A stretch of DNA of 64,000 nt from Thermoanaerobaculia bacterium (GTDB taxonomy: Bacteria; Acidobacteriota; Thermoanaerobaculia; UBA5066): contig CAWFJJ010000024.1 of the NCBI GenBank assembly GCA_963816185.1, forward strand, positions 544,001-608,000, written 5' to 3'. Shown here one piece after another: positions 9,367-21,409 of this stretch. A program made the translations under genes and the position numbers. Below the pieces are notes generated by a model. That model was not told the DNA's origin. It searched no databases and saw nothing but the letters and a program-made list of their open reading frames with translations. Positions within the stretch are counted from its first letter, which is position 1, and each line of letters starts with the position of its first letter.

Positions 9367-12300
9367 TCACCGCGTCGGGGCGGTCCCCGCCGGCACCGCT
9401 GTCAGCCCCGGTCCGGACACCACCTTCGGCGCTCCTCCCAGGACGATCCGCACCCGGTGTACGTTGCCGTCGTCCACGAGCGGTATCGCGGCGGGATCGG
9501 CGGGCGCTCCGTCGAGCTCGGCGCTCGACACGCCGCCGCCGCGACGGTTCGGATTCTCGACCGCGATCGTGTAACGGGTCTTTCCGAACCGCCATTCGAT
9601 GGAGTAGCCCGGCCACGACGAGGGGATGCACGGGTTCAGCGTGAAGAAGGCGCCCCGGCGCGTGAGCCCGAGGATCCCCTCCAGCCCCACGCGATACATC
9701 CAGGCGGCCGAGCCCGTGTACCAGGTCCATCCTCCGCGTCCGCGGTGTGATGGGTGGTCGTAGACGTCTCCCGCGACGGCGTAGGGCTCGGTCTTGTATT
9801 GCTCGGCCTCGGCGGCGGTTCGCGAGTGGTTGATCGGGTTGAGCATGTGGAAGAGCTCGACCGCCTCGTCGCCGTACCCGAGGCGCGCAAGGGCGAGGAC
9901 GACCCACTGGGCCGCGTGCGTGTACTGTCCGCCGTTCTCGCGGACTCCCGGGAGATAGCCCTTGATGTAGCCCGGGTCGAGGGCGGTGCGGTCGAAGGGG
10001 GGCGAGAGGAGAAGGATGACCTGCGAGGTGCGCCTGACGAGCTGCGCGCGCACCGCATCCATCGCACGCTCGGCGCGCTTCTTCGGCGCGGCGCCGGAGA
10101 GGACGGCCCAGGTCTGCGCCACCGAGTCGAGCCTGCCCTCGTCGTTCTGGGAGGACCCGAGCGGCGTACCGTCGTCGAAGTAGGCGCGCCGGTACCACTC
10201 GCCGTCCCAGCTCTGTTCGAGCATCGCTCCCAGGCGCGCGCGCTCGGCGCGATAGCGCGCGGCGCGCGGCGCGTCGCCCCGTTCGTCGCACAGCGGCGCG
10301 AAGGCGCCCAGGACCGAGTGAAGGAACCATCCGACGAAGACGCTCTCCCCGCGCCCCTCGGGTCCGACCCTGTTGTAGCCGTCGTTCCAGTCGCAGCTCC
10401 CGATCAGCGGCAGGCCGTGGGAGCCGGCGGTGAGTGCGCGCTCGATGGCCCGAACGCCGTGGTCGAAGAGTGCGCCCTCCTCCGCCGAGACGGTCGGCAG
10501 ACCGTACGCCTCCGCCTCTCCCGGTGGAACGGGGGGCGCTTCCAGGAAGCGAATCCGTTCGTCGAGGACCGCGGCGTCTCCGGTCGCGTTCACGTATTCG
10601 GCGAGGGCGTACGGGAGCCAGAGGAGGTCGTCCGAGCAGCGCGTGCGGATGCCGCGGCCGCTCGAGGCGTCCCACCAGTGCTGTACGTCGCCCTCGATGA
10701 ACTGGTGCGCCGCCGCCCGGAGGAGATGCTCGCGGGTCAGATCGGGCCGCGTGAACATGAGCGCCAGGACGTCCTGGAGCTGGTCGCGGAAGCCGTACGC
10801 CCCGCTCGGCTGGTAGTAACCGGAGCGCGCCCAGAGGCGGCAGGCGAGGTCCTGGTAGAGGAGCCACCGGTTCACGAGCAGGTCGAAGGAGTCGTCGGGG
10901 GTCGACACGTGAACGGAGCCGAGCATCTCTTCCCAGAACGCCTCCACGGCGGCGAGCTCGGCGTCGGCCGCGGCGAGGCCGCCGGCTCCGGCGAACCTCT
11001 TGAGGAGCGCGCGGGCCTCGTCGAGGTCGCGCCCCTGGCCGAGGAGGAAGACGACGCGCCGCGTCTCGCCCGGCAGAAGGTCCACGGACACCTGCAACGC
11101 CGCGCACGGGTCGAGGCCGGCGCCGAAGCGGCCAGAGAGCTTCCTTCGGGTGAGCGCGGCCGCGCGTTGGAGCGAGCCGTTGCGGCCCAGGAACTCCTGG
11201 CGGTCGCCGGTGGCCGAGAGAAGCGCCTCGCCGGCGCCCGCGAAAGCGACGCGGCCGCTGAAGACCTCGTTGTAGGGATTGCGCGCCAGGACCGCGCCCG
11301 TCTCGCCGTCGCGTTCCGTCAGGACGAAGCGCGAAACGCCCGGCTTCGGGGGCCCGAGAGACCACTCGTTGTACGCGAAGAGGTCGAGTCGGCGAGGCCG
11401 ATTCGAGCGGTTCGTCAACGTCAGGAGCGACACCTTGACCGGCTTCTCCCGCGCCACGAAGACGGCCAGCTCCTGCGCGATGCCGCGCGTGGCGCTCTCC
11501 CAGCGCGTCACGCCCGGCGCGTGGCGCACCACCCAGCGCGGTGAGCGCGACGTCCGCCTGAGAGGCGCCGGCGTGGCGCCCCAGCAGGCGCCGCTCTCCG
11601 CGTCGCGCAGGAAGATGGCTTCCGCGGTCGGGTCGGTGACCGGGTCGTTCGCGAAAGGCGTGAGGCGGTTCTCGCGGCTGTTCTCGCACCACGTGTGGGC
11701 CGCGCCCGAGCTGGTGACGATGCTTCCGAAGGTCGGGTTCGCGAGGACGTTGACCCAGGGCAGCGGAGTCTCCCGATCGCCCTCGAGAACGACGACGTAC
11801 TCGCGGCCGTCGCGCGTGAAGCCACCGAGCCCGTTCTCCATGACGAGAGCCGGCGGCTCGACCGGCGGCTCCGGCGGCTCGTCGGGTCGAGGCTCGTAAG
11901 GCACGGCGGTGACACCGAGCGGAGGCTCCGGCTCCGGGCGGTCCAGCTGCTCCGCGAGCTCGCCGCGTTCGCCGGAGAGGACCGCACGGGCGACCGTATT
12001 GAGGAGAAACCGCTCGGCGTCGGGCATCGCGTCGCCCCGGAGAAGGAAGACCCCGCCGGATTTCCCCTTCCATGCGCCCCAGGCGCCGCCCTCGACGAGC
12101 TCGACGAGCTGCTGGTGCATCTCGTCGCGGTAGCTCGCGGGGTGCTCGTTCAGGATCACGGCGTCCGCTTTCAGCCCCTTGAGGCGCCAGAGCTCCTGCG
12201 CCATGAGGACGTGCCGCACGAGCGGCAGGTCGTCCGGCTCGGTCACGCGGACCAGGACGATCGGGAGGTCGCCGGAGATGCCGTTCCCCCAGAGGCCGGC

Positions 12301-15300
12301 CTGGCCCAGCGTGCTCTTCTCCAAAAGCTCCTTTTCGGCGCGCAGCGAGGCGTCGGAGAAGAAGACGCGGGAGCCAAGCCGCTCGAAGAGCTGGGCCTCC
12401 TCGACCGAGATCCCCAGGTGCCGGAGCGACACCTGCGCGTGCGTGTAGGCCAGCGCGAACGTGCGGGCGGCGACGCCGGGGTCGTGATACTTCTGCGCCA
12501 GATCGCGCGCGGCGGTCTCGTCCGCCGCGACGCCCGTCGCGAGGGAAAGGCGCGCGAAGGCGCCGGGCGCGAGCCGCAGCCGCGTCCTCAGGCTGAGGAT
12601 CGGGTCCAGCACGGCGCCCGTGGTGCCGGAGAGCGCGCGCCCATCGAGGGCGACGGGATCGTCGGGACCGCGCCCGCGTCCCAGGAATCGCATCCGGTCC
12701 GTCTCCCACTCGACCGGCGCCTGCATCCGCCCGTCGATGGACAGGACGTGAAAAGCGTAGACCGCCGGGTCGTCCGCGCTGCGCGGGCGGCGCCGAGCGA
12801 GAAGGGCCGTGCTCTCTTGCACCCACTCGGTCTCGATGAAGAGCTTCCCGAAGGCGGGATGCGCGACGTCTTCGGCGATGGTCCCCAAAGCGATCTCGAC
12901 GTAGCTCGTCAGCTCGATCTCGCGCGGCCGGTCGCTCTGATTCGTGACGGAGAGCCGCCGCACCTCGGCGTCGTCCTCCGGCGAGACGGCGATCTCGAGG
13001 CGAGTCTCGATGCCGTGATCGCGTCGCTGGATGACGGCCTTCTCGGGCAGGAGCTCCACGAGATAGTCCTCCGGCTCGACGCCGACGGGTTGATAGGCCG
13101 TGGACCAGACCGCGCCGCCGTGGACGTCGCGCAGGTAGACGAACTGACTGCCCGGGTCGCGCGTGGGGTCCTCGCGCCATCGCGTGACGGCGCGCCCCCG
13201 GCAGAAGCTCGCTCCGCCGCCGGCGTTCGTCACGATCGCGACATAGGCGCCGTTCGACAGGATCTGCGCGCGTGGGTACGGCGTGTGCGGCGAGCGGAGG
13301 CGGCGCGGGGCGCGAGCGAGCGGGGGAGCCGCGTGGGTCAGCTCGGCGGGGCGCGGCTGGATGACGGGAGCCTCGCGTGGCATCCGCTCCTGCAGGAGGA
13401 GCTCGGTCGCCTGAATCCTCGGGTCCGCGTGGAACCGGTCGACCATGATGTCGCGAAGAAGGACGTTCGCGAGGGCGACGAGCGTCATCCCCTGGTGGAG
13501 CGCAAGGTACGTCTTGACGACCACGCCCGCGTTTTCATCGGCGCCGCGCGGCACCTCGGGCCCCGCGCTTACACCAGCTCCGCCGTCGTCCGGCCGCCGG
13601 GGCGTGTAGTCGACGGCATCGTAATAGCCGAACCGTCCCTCGGCCCCCTCACCCGCCAGGCGCCTCAGGTTCCGCGCGGCCTCGGCCGGATTCACCATCG
13701 CGGCGAGGGCGGTCGCGTATGGCGCGACCACGAGCTCATCGGCCAGCCCGCGCTTCAGCCCGAGGCCCGGAACACCGAAGGCCTTGTACTGGTAGTTCCC
13801 GAGCCGGTCGACGAGGTTGAACGCCGATTCGGAGATGCCCCAGGGAACGCCGCGGTCGCGGGCGTACTGGCGCTGCCGCCGTACCGCCATGCGACACGTC
13901 TGGTCGAGGAGCGTCCCGGGATACGTCCTCATCAGAAGGAGCGGCATCAGGTACTCGAACATCGACGCGCTCCACGAGACGAGCGTCGGGACGCCGTCCA
14001 CGCTCACGACGAGCCGCCCGAGGTGGAACCAGTGGCTCTGCCGCACGTCCCCCTTGGCGATCGCGAAGAAGCTCGCCAGGCGCGCCTCGGAGGCGAGGAG
14101 GTCGTAATAGGAGCTGTCCAACCGGCCTGGCCCCAATGCATCGGCCAGCCGGTAGCCGATCGAGAAGAGCTGGCGTTCGCGGTCGTAGAGAAACCCGAAG
14201 CTCATTCCATCGGCGAAGGTCATGGCGCGCCGGGCAAGGTCGAAGAGGCGGGTTGCAAGCTGCGGTTGCGACGCAGCGAGCCGCCGGCACCCCTCGGCCA
14301 GCGCGAGCAGCGCCCCCGCGAGGTTGCCGCTGTCCACCGTGGAGACGTAGCGCGGAAAGAGCGGCGAGAGGTTCTGCGTGTCGTACCAGTTCAGGAGATG
14401 CCCCTCGTGCCGCTCCAGCCCTTCGACGGTCGTCAGCGTGCGCTCCAGCCTCTCGAGCATGGCGTCTGCCGGCAAGAACCCCAGATCGTGCGCCGCGAGG
14501 GTGGAAAGAAGGCCCATCCCGATGTTGGTCGGCGAGGTCCGGTGCGTCACGACGGGGGTGGCCTCTTCCTGGACGTTGTCGGGAGGCAGCCCGTGATCCT
14601 CGGGGCCTGCCAGCGTCTCGAAGTAGCGCCAGGTCTTTCGCGCCAGGGCGAGGAGGAGCTCGCGATCCGCAGGCGACAGTTCGCGCCGCCGCGGCGCGGC
14701 CGGTTGGCTCAGCCAGTAGGCCAGGAAGGGCGCGATCGCCCAGAGGGCGCCGAACAGCAGGGCAAGGGGGAACGCACGGGGACGGGCCGCTGCGGTGAGA
14801 GCCACGAGAACGGCGGCGGCGATCGGGCTCGCGGCCATTTCCACCAGGAACGAGCGGACCCCGTCGCGCAGGAGGCCTGCGGCCCGAGCGGCCTGCGCGG
14901 CGGCGGTCTCCCAGTCCAGCAGGCGGCGCTGCGTGATGACGAGCCTCACGAGAGTCAGGGCGATGGCATGCACCATCTCCCAGGCGTGATACGGGAGAAA
15001 CACGAGCGTCAGGAATGCCTGCGCGGAAGCCGTGCTCAGATCCTCGAGAAGGCCCCGCAGGTGGACGCGGGCGGGCTCGAACGCAGGCGGCCGCTTCAGC
15101 AGGTGGAAAAGAGAGGTGAGGAGCGGAAACGAAACGACTGAAAGTCCCGCCAGCGTCCATGCGAGCGGGTTTCCGGGCAGGATGGTCCAGGCTGCCGCAA
15201 AGAGAGCGAGGAGAGACGGCGCCACCAGACTTCTTCGCAGGTTGTCCAGGATCTTCCACTGGCTGATGAGCGGCAGGCGATTCTTCGCGAAGCCCTTCGA

Positions 15301-17637
15301 AGTCGGGACCATGGGCAGAAGCCAGGCGAGGATCTGCCAGTCGCCGCGCACCCAGCGCTCCTGCCGCCGCGCGTGCGCGAGGAGGTTCGCGGGATAGTCG
15401 TCCACCACCTCCACGTCGGAGACGAGCGCGGTCCGCGCGTGCAGACCCTCGAAGAGGTCGTGCGAGAGGAGCGCGTTCTCGGGGACGCGCCCGTCCACGG
15501 CCGCGCGAAAGGCGTCCACGTCGTAGAGTCCCTTGCCGGTGAAGACGCCCTCGCCGAACAGGTCCTGGTACGTGTCGGAGACGGCCGTCGTGTATGGGTC
15601 GACGCCCGTGTGCCCGGCGTACACCCGCGCAAAGAGCGATCCGGCGGCGCTCGCGAGCGTGATGCTGACGCGCGGCTGGAGGATGCCGTATCCCTCCGTC
15701 ACCCGTCCGACGGACGGGTCGAAGACGGGTTTGTTCAGCGGGTGAGAGAGGATTCCGATCAGCGTCTGCGCGGCGCCCCTCGGAAGCCGCGAGTCCGCGT
15801 CGAGCGTGAGGACGTAGCGCACCGACGGCAGGATCGACAGCTCTCCCTGCCGCACCTTGAAGCCGGTGTCGCTCGCGTCGCGGAGGAGCCTGTTCAGCTC
15901 CTCGAGCTTGCCCCGCTTCCTCTCCCAGCCCATGAACACGCCCTCTTTCGGGTTCCAGAGGCGTTCGCGGTGGAAGAGGAAGAAGCGGTCTTTCGCGTCG
16001 GGCGCGTGGCGGCGGTTGAGGTCCTCGATTCCAGCGGTGGCGGCGGCCAGGATCTCCTCGTCGCCCTCCATCGTCTCCGCGGGCGCGTCCTTGAAATCGC
16101 CGAGGATCGCGAAGTGGATGTGCGGGTCGAGGTTGCCGAGCGCCTGCACCTCGAGGTGCTCCAGAAGAGCCTCGACGCCCTTCACGCTTCCGAGCAGCGC
16201 CGGCACGACCACCATCGTGCGGGCGCTCTCGGGGACGCCCTCGATGAGATCGAGGCGGGACAGCCGCCGCGGCGGCACGAGCGCGGCGACGAGGCGCTGG
16301 ACGATGAGCACCGCGAGCTCGCTCGCGGGGATCGTCGCGAGAAGCGCCGCGACTGTCGCCATCTCGGGAGCGCCGGAGGCGCCGTCGTACTTGATCGCCG
16401 CGTAGACGACGAGGCCGGTGAGGAGGCCGATACCGCCCAGGTACGCCGCCGTCGCGTGGGAGAAGGCGAACCGGCGGAGCCTTTGGCCGAGCCGCGGGGT
16501 GTACGCGACGTCGATCTCCAGGCCCGGCCGGCCCGGGCCGATCAGGTGATGGCCGACGTGGGCGGTTCTCTCGCCGATCCCGTTCTGCTCCGCCGCCTGG
16601 CGCGCGCTTTCGACGGCGCGCAGGGCGACGCGTACCTGCGCCTCACCGGTGGGCTCGGCGAGCTCCTCCACGGCCTGGCGGTAGCGATCGCGGCTCTGGA
16701 AATCCATGCGCGTGTAGACCGCCGCCGGATCGCGCCGCAGGATCTGCTCCACCAGGCTGACCCGCTCCACGTAGCGGCTCCAGTCGAGCGTGGCGCAGAG
16801 CCGCAGGCTCGTGATCGTATTGCCGGTCGAGGCCTGGTCGGTGGCCTGGCGCTGGTACTCGGCGCGCACGGCGTCCTCGGACGTCGGACCTCCCGCGGGG
16901 AACGCCTTCTCCATCTGGGCATGGAGCGAGGAGACCCGCGGGTCGGACTCGCGCATCCGTTGCCGGAGCTGCGCGACGAAGGCGCTGTGAAGCGGCTCGG
17001 GGAGCGGCTCGGGAGGGCCGCCGCCAGCCACCCGCTCGAGCGCGGCGTCCGCCTCCCGCCTGGCGGCTCTTCCGGACAGGATCCCCGCCGCCAGGATCCG
17101 CAGGTTTTCCAGGAGCGCGAGCTTGAGCATGCTGGGCCACGCCCAGAGCTCGCCGATCGTCAGCGGAGCCACGGTCTGATAGGCGAGGACGAAGCGCGTG
17201 AGCCTCTCCGCGTCGAGCCGCCCGTCGCCGTGCCGGATCAGCTCCAGCGCCATCGCGTGGATGCGGGCCTTGCCCGAGAGCTCGCGCGCCGCGAGCTTGG
17301 GGAGCTTCTGGTAGTACCGGGAGGGGAGGTCGTGGCGCACGGCGCGCGCTTCCGACTCGACGAGGTGAAAGTTGTCGAGGAGCCACTCCGCCGCCGGATC
17401 GACGGCGTCGCCCCGGCGGACGTCGCCGGCCAGGAGCCGGTAGGCCTCGCGAAGGACCCGGAGGTTCGCGTCCAGCCGCGTCCGGATGTCGTGCCCGCCC
17501 GCCCGCGAGTCTCGCGCCAACGTGAAGACGCCGGCCAGGGTCTTCGCGCGCTCCTCGAGGCTCTCGAGGCCCAGGATCTCGCCCCTGAGCGGCGCTTCTT
17601 CCTCGGGGCGGCGCCGCCCGAACAGGGATCGCATCAT
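9367..17637 (-). CDS. ndvB: Cyclic beta-1,2-glucan synthase (Cgs/NdvB: GT84 plus glucoamylase-like plus GH94 domains)
   Basis: 2756 aa; [65 protein letters not shown]. Confidence 0.95.
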   Translation of the reverse strand: MMRSLFGRRRPEEEAPLRGEILGLESLEERAKTLAGVFTLARDSRAGGHDIRTRLDANLRVLREAYRLLAGDVRRGDAVDPAAEWLLDNFHLVESEARAVRHDLPSRYYQKLPKLAARELSGKARIHAMALELIRHGDGRLDAERLTRFVLAYQTVAPLTIGELWAWPSMLKLALLENLRILAAGILSGRAARREADAALERVAGGGPPEPLPEPLHSAFVAQLRQRMRESDPRVSSLHAQMEKAFPAGGPTSEDAVRAEYQRQATDQASTGNTITSLRLCATLDWSRYVERVSLVEQILRRDPAAVYTRMDFQSRDRYRQAVEELAEPTGEAQVRVALRAVESARQAAEQNGIGERTAHVGHHLIGPGRPGLEIDVAYTPRLGQRLRRFAFSHATAAYLGGIGLLTGLVVYAAIKYDGASGAPEMATVAALLATIPASELAVLIVQRLVAALVPPRRLSRLDLIEGVPESARTMVVVPALLGSVKGVEALLEHLEVQALGNLDPHIHFAILGDFKDAPAETMEGDEEILAAATAGIEDLNRRHAPDAKDRFFLFHRERLWNPKEGVFMGWERKRGKLEELNRLLRDASDTGFKVRQGELSILPSVRYVLTLDADSRLPRGAAQTLIGILSHPLNKPVFDPSVGRVTEGYGILQPRVSITLASAAGSLFARVYAGHTGVDPYTTAVSDTYQDLFGEGVFTGKGLYDVDAFRAAVDGRVPENALLSHDLFEGLHARTALVSDVEVVDDYPANLLAHARRQERWVRGDWQILAWLLPMVPTSKGFAKNRLPLISQWKILDNLRRSLVAPSLLALFAAAWTILPGNPLAWTLAGLSVVSFPLLTSLFHLLKRPPAFEPARVHLRGLLEDLSTASAQAFLTLVFLPYHAWEMVHAIALTLVRLVITQRRLLDWETAAAQAARAAGLLRDGVRSFLVEMAASPIAAAVLVALTAAARPRAFPLALLFGALWAIAPFLAYWLSQPAAPRRRELSPADRELLLALARKTWRYFETLAGPEDHGLPPDNVQEEATPVVTHRTSPTNIGMGLLSTLAAHDLGFLPADAMLERLERTLTTVEGLERHEGHLLNWYDTQNLSPLFPRYVSTVDSGNLAGALLALAEGCRRLAASQPQLATRLFDLARRAMTFADGMSFGFLYDRERQLFSIGYRLADALGPGRLDSSYYDLLASEARLASFFAIAKGDVRQSHWFHLGRLVVSVDGVPTLVSWSASMFEYLMPLLLMRTYPGTLLDQTCRMAVRRQRQYARDRGVPWGISESAFNLVDRLGNYQYKAFGVPGLGLKRGLADELVVAPYATALAAMVNPAEAARNLRRLAGEGAEGRFGYYDAVDYTPRRPDDGGAGVSAGPEVPRGADENAGVVVKTYLALHQGMTLVALANVLLRDIMVDRFHADPRIQATELLLQERMPREAPVIQPRPAELTHAAPPLARAPRRLRSPHTPYPRAQILSNGAYVAIVTNAGGGASFCRGRAVTRWREDPTRDPGSQFVYLRDVHGGAVWSTAYQPVGVEPEDYLVELLPEKAVIQRRDHGIETRLEIAVSPEDDAEVRRLSVTNQSDRPREIELTSYVEIALGTIAEDVAHPAFGKLFIETEWVQESTALLARRRPRSADDPAVYAFHVLSIDGRMQAPVEWETDRMRFLGRGRGPDDPVALDGRALSGTTGAVLDPILSLRTRLRLAPGAFARLSLATGVAADETAARDLAQKYHDPGVAARTFALAYTHAQVSLRHLGISVEEAQLFERLGSRVFFSDASLRAEKELLEKSTLGQAGLWGNGISGDLPIVLVRVTEPDDLPLVRHVLMAQELWRLKGLKADAVILNEHPASYRDEMHQQLVELVEGGAWGAWKGKSGGVFLLRGDAMPDAERFLLNTVARAVLSGERGELAEQLDRPEPEPPLGVTAVPYEPRPDEPPEPPVEPPALVMENGLGGFTRDGREYVVVLEGDRETPLPWVNVLANPTFGSIVTSSGAAHTWCENSRENRLTPFANDPVTDPTAEAIFLRDAESGACWGATPAPLRRTSRSPRWVVRHAPGVTRWESATRGIAQELAVFVAREKPVKVSLLTLTNRSNRPRRLDLFAYNEWSLGPPKPGVSRFVLTERDGETGAVLARNPYNEVFSGRVAFAGAGEALLSATGDRQEFLGRNGSLQRAAALTRRKLSGRFGAGLDPCAALQVSVDLLPGETRRVVFLLGQGRDLDEARALLKRFAGAGGLAAADAELAAVEAFWEEMLGSVHVSTPDDSFDLLVNRWLLYQDLACRLWARSGYYQPSGAYGFRDQLQDVLALMFTRPDLTREHLLRAAAHQFIEGDVQHWWDASSGRGIRTRCSDDLLWLPYALAEYVNATGDAAVLDERIRFLEAPPVPPGEAEAYGLPTVSAEEGALFDHGVRAIERALTAGSHGLPLIGSCDWNDGYNRVGPEGRGESVFVGWFLHSVLGAFAPLCDERGDAPRAARYRAERARLGAMLEQSWDGEWYRRAYFDDGTPLGSSQNDEGRLDSVAQTWAVLSGAAPKKRAERAMDAVRAQLVRRTSQVILLLSPPFDRTALDPGYIKGYLPGVRENGGQYTHAAQWVVLALARLGYGDEAVELFHMLNPINHSRTAAEAEQYKTEPYAVAGDVYDHPSHRGRGGWTWYTGSAAWMYRVGLEGILGLTRRGAFFTLNPCIPSSWPGYSIEWRFGKTRYTIAVENPNRRGGGVSSAELDGAPADPAAIPLVDDGNVHRVRIVLGGAPKVVSGPGLTAVPAGTAPTR

Positions 17638-17660
17638 GGGTAATCGTAAACCCGCCAGGA

Positions 17661-18302
17661 TCAGTGCGGCTCCTCAAGGACAGAGAGCTGAGCTCGCACG
17701 ATGAACCGGTTCGGTGCGTGCCCGATCCACCCGAAGGGATAGCACGTCACGAGCGTGAGAACGGCGTCGCGGGTCGGGTCGAGAGGCCGCGTCTCCTCCG
17801 GCGCGACCACCTCGGTCGAGTTCACGAGGTACTCGTAGCTGCGGCCGGGTGTGCGGATCCGGATCGAGTCGTGGAGCCGTATATTCCGGAGCGCCCGGAA
17901 GAACGAGTCCCGATGCCCCGCGAGCGCCATGTTACCGACCTCGCCGGGTCGCGCCGTCCCGGGGATGTGCCCCACAGCGAGGCCGAGAGTCGTGTCGTCG
18001 TCCCCCTCCCGCACGATCGCCGAAATGCCGATCCGCGGAATCTCGATCCTGCCGAGGACGAGCGGATCCGCCTCGAGCGACGGCGGGGACTGCTCGCTGG
18101 CTGCCGACGCCGGAGAAGACTCGAGGCTGAACGTCGGCGCGGCGGCCCTTCTCTCCATATCGGAAAAGGCGCGCCCCTGGCGCGCCTGGTAGACGTGAGT
18201 GTTGACGATCGTCGCGAGGGCTCCGCCGAGGAGCGAGAGGCCGATGACGCAGAGGGCGATCGCGGCCCGGCGGAGCCATTGCACGACGCTGGACCTCGTC
18301 AA
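17661..18302 (-). CDS. Class D sortase
   Basis: N-terminal [21 protein letters not shown], conserved Arg (NRFIVRA). Confidence 0.92.
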   Translation of the reverse strand: MTRSSVVQWLRRAAIALCVIGLSLLGGALATIVNTHVYQARQGRAFSDMERRAAAPTFSLESSPASAASEQSPPSLEADPLVLGRIEIPRIGISAIVREGDDDTTLGLAVGHIPGTARPGEVGNMALAGHRDSFFRALRNIRLHDSIRIRTPGRSYEYLVNSTEVVAPEETRPLDPTRDAVLTLVTCYPFGWIGHAPNRFIVRAQLSVLEEPH

Positions 18303-19000
18303 GCCGCCCGGTTTGCGAACGTGCGGAGCGCGAAGGCCCCGCCAAGCGACAGCAGCCCGAGCGCGGCGAAGAGCGGAACATGGCTTGCCGTCTTCGGCAG
18401 CTGCTTCTCGGGACTAGCCTCAGCCACGGCGACTGGAGCCGGCCCCGGCGCCTTCTGAACCGCGACCGCGGGCGCCTCGTACGGCTTCACTTCCTGCTCC
18501 GGAGTCACGACGACGAGGGGCACGGTCTTGTATTCCGTTTCCTTCACCTCGTCCGGGATCGCGATCACGGGCTCCTTGGCCACGGCCGCGAGCTCCAGGG
18601 CACGCCGCTTCGGATAGATGATGTCCTGACCGTACGGTGTGTCGTGAGCGAACCAGGTCCGAAGCGCCTTCGGCTGGCCGGCGATGGCTGAGTAATAGAT
18701 GAAACGGCTCTCCGGAATCGCCTCGTCCGTTTTGATCACGTGCGGGGTGGCAAGGACGGTGGCGAAGACCTTCGATCCCATCTCATTCGTCACTTGCACG
18801 ACGTTCCGGTTGGACGAGAGCTCGACGACCTTGATTCGGTAGGTGCCGGGCTCTAGGACGGTACCGCCGACGTCCATCGGCTCCGTCAGGGTGAAGAGGC
18901 TCTTCTCCGTGTTGATTTGCGCGGTGGCGGCGGGCGTGTATGCGACCCCCAGGAATGCCGCAAAGGTGCCTAGCGCCAACCCTCTCACCAGGTTCTTCAT
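18299..19000 (-). CDS. Secreted protein with LPKTA sortase-type sorting signal
   Basis: Signal peptide; C-terminal LPKTA + hydrophobic helix + basic tail; 4-bp overlap with the sortase start. Confidence 0.88.
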   Translation of the reverse strand: MKNLVRGLALGTFAAFLGVAYTPAATAQINTEKSLFTLTEPMDVGGTVLEPGTYRIKVVELSSNRNVVQVTNEMGSKVFATVLATPHVIKTDEAIPESRFIYYSAIAGQPKALRTWFAHDTPYGQDIIYPKRRALELAAVAKEPVIAIPDEVKETEYKTVPLVVVTPEQEVKPYEAPAVAVQKAPGPAPVAVAEASPEKQLPKTASHVPLFAALGLLSLGGAFALRTFANRAA

Positions 19001-19155
19001 CTCGATACCTCATCTTTCTCAAATTGTTGTTGCCGTAAGTCAGGTCGAGCTGCCGGAGACGGTCCGGCGACCGGTAGGCTCGAGCGGAGAGAGAGCCGAA
19101 GTCCCCTGGCGGAGGCCACAGGGCCACGTCGCAACCGATGCTTCCGCGGAGGTCG

Positions 19156-19305
19156 TCAGACCACTCTTCGTCCCTGGATGAGCTGGATCAGGATGACCAC
19201 GACGGCGACGACGAGCAGGACGTGAATGAGGCCGCCCATCGTCGTGGAGGTCACCATTCCAAGAACCCAGAGAACCAGAAGGATCAGGCAGATTGTCCAA
19301 AGCAT
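19156..19305 (-). CDS. lmo0937/DUF5670-family small membrane protein (49 aa, absent from ORF track)
   Basis: Manual translation MLWTICLILLVLWVLGMVTSTTMGGLIHVLLVVAVVVILIQLIQGRRVV; AAGGA SD. Confidence 0.88.
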   Translation of the reverse strand: MLWTICLILLVLWVLGMVTSTTMGGLIHVLLVVAVVVILIQLIQGRRVV

Positions 19306-19398
19306 GGTATTTCCTTTCTTCCGTCTTTCGTCCTTTCGGGTTCAGGCGAGGAGCGGCGGGGACGGACTCCCGCCGCGCCAGAAGATGAGTCGTGGATC

Positions 19399-19953
19399 TC
19401 AGTTGAGGAGGTTGATGACCTTCTTGACGCCCTTGATCGAACGGGTCTTTTCGATCGCCGCCTTCGCGGACTCGGGGTTGTCGAGCTTGCCGCGCAGGCT
19501 GACGACGCCGTCGACGACCTCGACCTCGATCTTGAGCGCGTTCTTGCCGATCTCGGTCAGAAGGATGCTCTTCACTTTCATCTCGAGCGCCACGTTCTTC
19601 ACCGAGGCCTCGCTGGCGGCCAACGGCCCAGCGGCGTCCTTCACGGTCACCTTGTTGTCGACTTTCTTGATCCCCTCGACCGAAAGGGCGACCTCCTCGG
19701 CGAGCGCCTGGCTGGGCGACTTGGCCACCTCACCGGTGAGGGTGGCCGTCTCTCCGGAGACAGAGACCGTGATCCGAAGGGCGTCGGCGCCTAGCTTGTC
19801 GATCAGCTTGGCCTTGACGTGGGTGGCACTGAGCGCCTCGGAGACCTCCGTCGAAATCGTCTCGGGCTTGTCCGCGGCGTTCATGGGCGACGCCGGAAGG
19901 AGCCATGCGAGGGAGAGGGCCGCCGCGAGGATCGGGACTGGGTTCTTTCTCAT
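19399..19953 (-). CDS. Periplasmic double BON-domain protein (OsmY-like)
   Basis: Signal peptide and two BON repeats (SVEGIKKVDNKV; SIKGVKKVINLL). Confidence 0.88.
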   Translation of the reverse strand: MRKNPVPILAAALSLAWLLPASPMNAADKPETISTEVSEALSATHVKAKLIDKLGADALRITVSVSGETATLTGEVAKSPSQALAEEVALSVEGIKKVDNKVTVKDAAGPLAASEASVKNVALEMKVKSILLTEIGKNALKIEVEVVDGVVSLRGKLDNPESAKAAIEKTRSIKGVKKVINLLN

Positions 19954-19982
19954 TGTCTGAGTCTCCTGTCGAGCATCACAGT

Positions 19983-19997
19983 GCAATTCCACTGCCA
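19983..19997 (-). promoter_or_regulatory. Sigma-54 promoter upstream of the BON-sortase-cgs gene run
   Basis: TGGCAGTGGAATTGC (GG-N10-GC). Confidence 0.75.
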
Positions 19998-20043
19998 GAG
20001 AGCACGACCACACCGGCGCGATGGGGCCGAATCGTCCTTCCAT

Positions 20044-21267
20044 TCATTCCTCAACTGCGGCTTCGTCCTTCCTCCGGTCTGCCGAGATCTCGACGGCGAT
20101 GGCGGCGGCCTCCTCCGCGCCCACACCCTCCGTCCTGCGTTCGTACTCTTCCTCGCCGCGGTCGTCGGCTTCGCGCAGATCGGTGTCCATGGGCTGCTCC
20201 TGCTCACCGGGCAGCTCCACCCGCAGCTCCTCGATGAGCATCATCACCGCGGCCGCGACGGGCAGGGCGAGGAGCGCGCCGAGGATCCCCATCAGCGTTC
20301 CGCCCGCCAGGAGCGCGAACAGGACGACGGACGAGGGAAGGCGCAGCGCCCGGCCATAGATCCGGGGAACGAGCACGCGGCTCTCGAACTCCTCGTACGC
20401 CAGCATGAGGACGAGAACGACGACGGCAACGACCGGCCCACGCGCAAGAGCCGCGAGGACCGCCGGCGCCACCGAGAGAAGAGCCCCGATGTAGGGCAGC
20501 ACGTCCGCGAGGCCGGCGAACACCGCGAGCGCCAGGGCGTTCTCCACGCCGCACGCCGTCAGAAGCGCGAACGTGAAGATCGACATCAGCAGGGAGGTGA
20601 CCATCTGCCCACGGATGTACGAGCCGACGATCGTCTCGAGATTCATCATGATGCGGGAGAGCCGGACGTGGTGCGAGCGGGGGACGACGGCGAAGAGCCC
20701 CCCTCGGAGTCGGTCGCGGTCGATCATGATGTAGAGCCCGAGGAACAGGGCGCTCAACCCGTACGCGGCGGCGCCGAAGACGCGTATGGAGTAGGCGAAC
20801 ACAGTTGCACCGATAGTGCCCGTCGTCACGTCGTACTTGAGGCCGCGAAGCCAATTCGCGAGCGGGGCGCTCAGATGCGAGCCGGCGAGATGGTCCGCAA
20901 GGCGCGCGCGCAGCGCGGGCTCGTTCTCGAGAAGCGCCGTCGCCTGCGACACAAGAGTCGGGATCGTGAGGACGACGACGAGAAGCGCGAGGAGGAAGAA
21001 GACCGTGAACACGATCGCGATTCCGGCCCCGCGTCTCACGCGCTTTCCCTCGAGCCAGCGGACGACCGGGCTCAAGGTGCCGGCGACGAGGAGAGCGACG
21101 ACGAGCACGAGGAGGACGGGCCAGAGACGGATCAGCAGCCACACGGAGGCGCTGACGAGGACGAGCGCCACGATGGTCGCGGGGGATAGCTCGAAGCGCA
21201 CGTGACGCACTCGATCTCCGCCGACGGCGGGGAGTACCGGGGGCGCCGGCCGGGTGGCGTAAAGCAC
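20044..21267 (-). CDS. AI-2E family transporter (probable start GTG 21210)
   Basis: YIRGQ, LPYIGALL, PRIYGRAL, GILGALLALP. Confidence 0.9.
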   Translation of the reverse strand: MLYATRPAPPVLPAVGGDRVRHVRFELSPATIVALVLVSASVWLLIRLWPVLLVLVVALLVAGTLSPVVRWLEGKRVRRGAGIAIVFTVFFLLALLVVVLTIPTLVSQATALLENEPALRARLADHLAGSHLSAPLANWLRGLKYDVTTGTIGATVFAYSIRVFGAAAYGLSALFLGLYIMIDRDRLRGGLFAVVPRSHHVRLSRIMMNLETIVGSYIRGQMVTSLLMSIFTFALLTACGVENALALAVFAGLADVLPYIGALLSVAPAVLAALARGPVVAVVVLVLMLAYEEFESRVLVPRIYGRALRLPSSVVLFALLAGGTLMGILGALLALPVAAAVMMLIEELRVELPGEQEQPMDTDLREADDRGEEEYERRTEGVGAEEAAAIAVEISADRRKDEAAVEE

Positions 21268-21279
21268 GTAGTTCTCAGC

Positions 21280-21294
21280 GCAATCCTCTTGCCA
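21280..21294 (-). promoter_or_regulatory. Sigma-54 promoter
   Basis: TGGCAAGAGGATTGC. Confidence 0.75.
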
Positions 21295-21355
21295 GCGCTG
21301 GACTGCGCAACCGGGCGAATTTGCTCCGCCTCAGGTCGGGGAGAATCCCATTGGT

Positions 21356-21392
21356 CGGCACGCTTTGCCGATCTCCTCGGAAAAACGTGCCG
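21356..21392. promoter_or_regulatory. 37-bp tandem-palindrome element, copy 1 (putative enhancer/UAS)
   Basis: CGGCACGCTTTGCCG-ATCTCCT-CGGAAAAACGTGCCG; near-identical copies at 34290 and 37126. Confidence 0.75.
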
Positions 21393-21409
21393 CTCTGGGT
21401 CGTGCTCGC

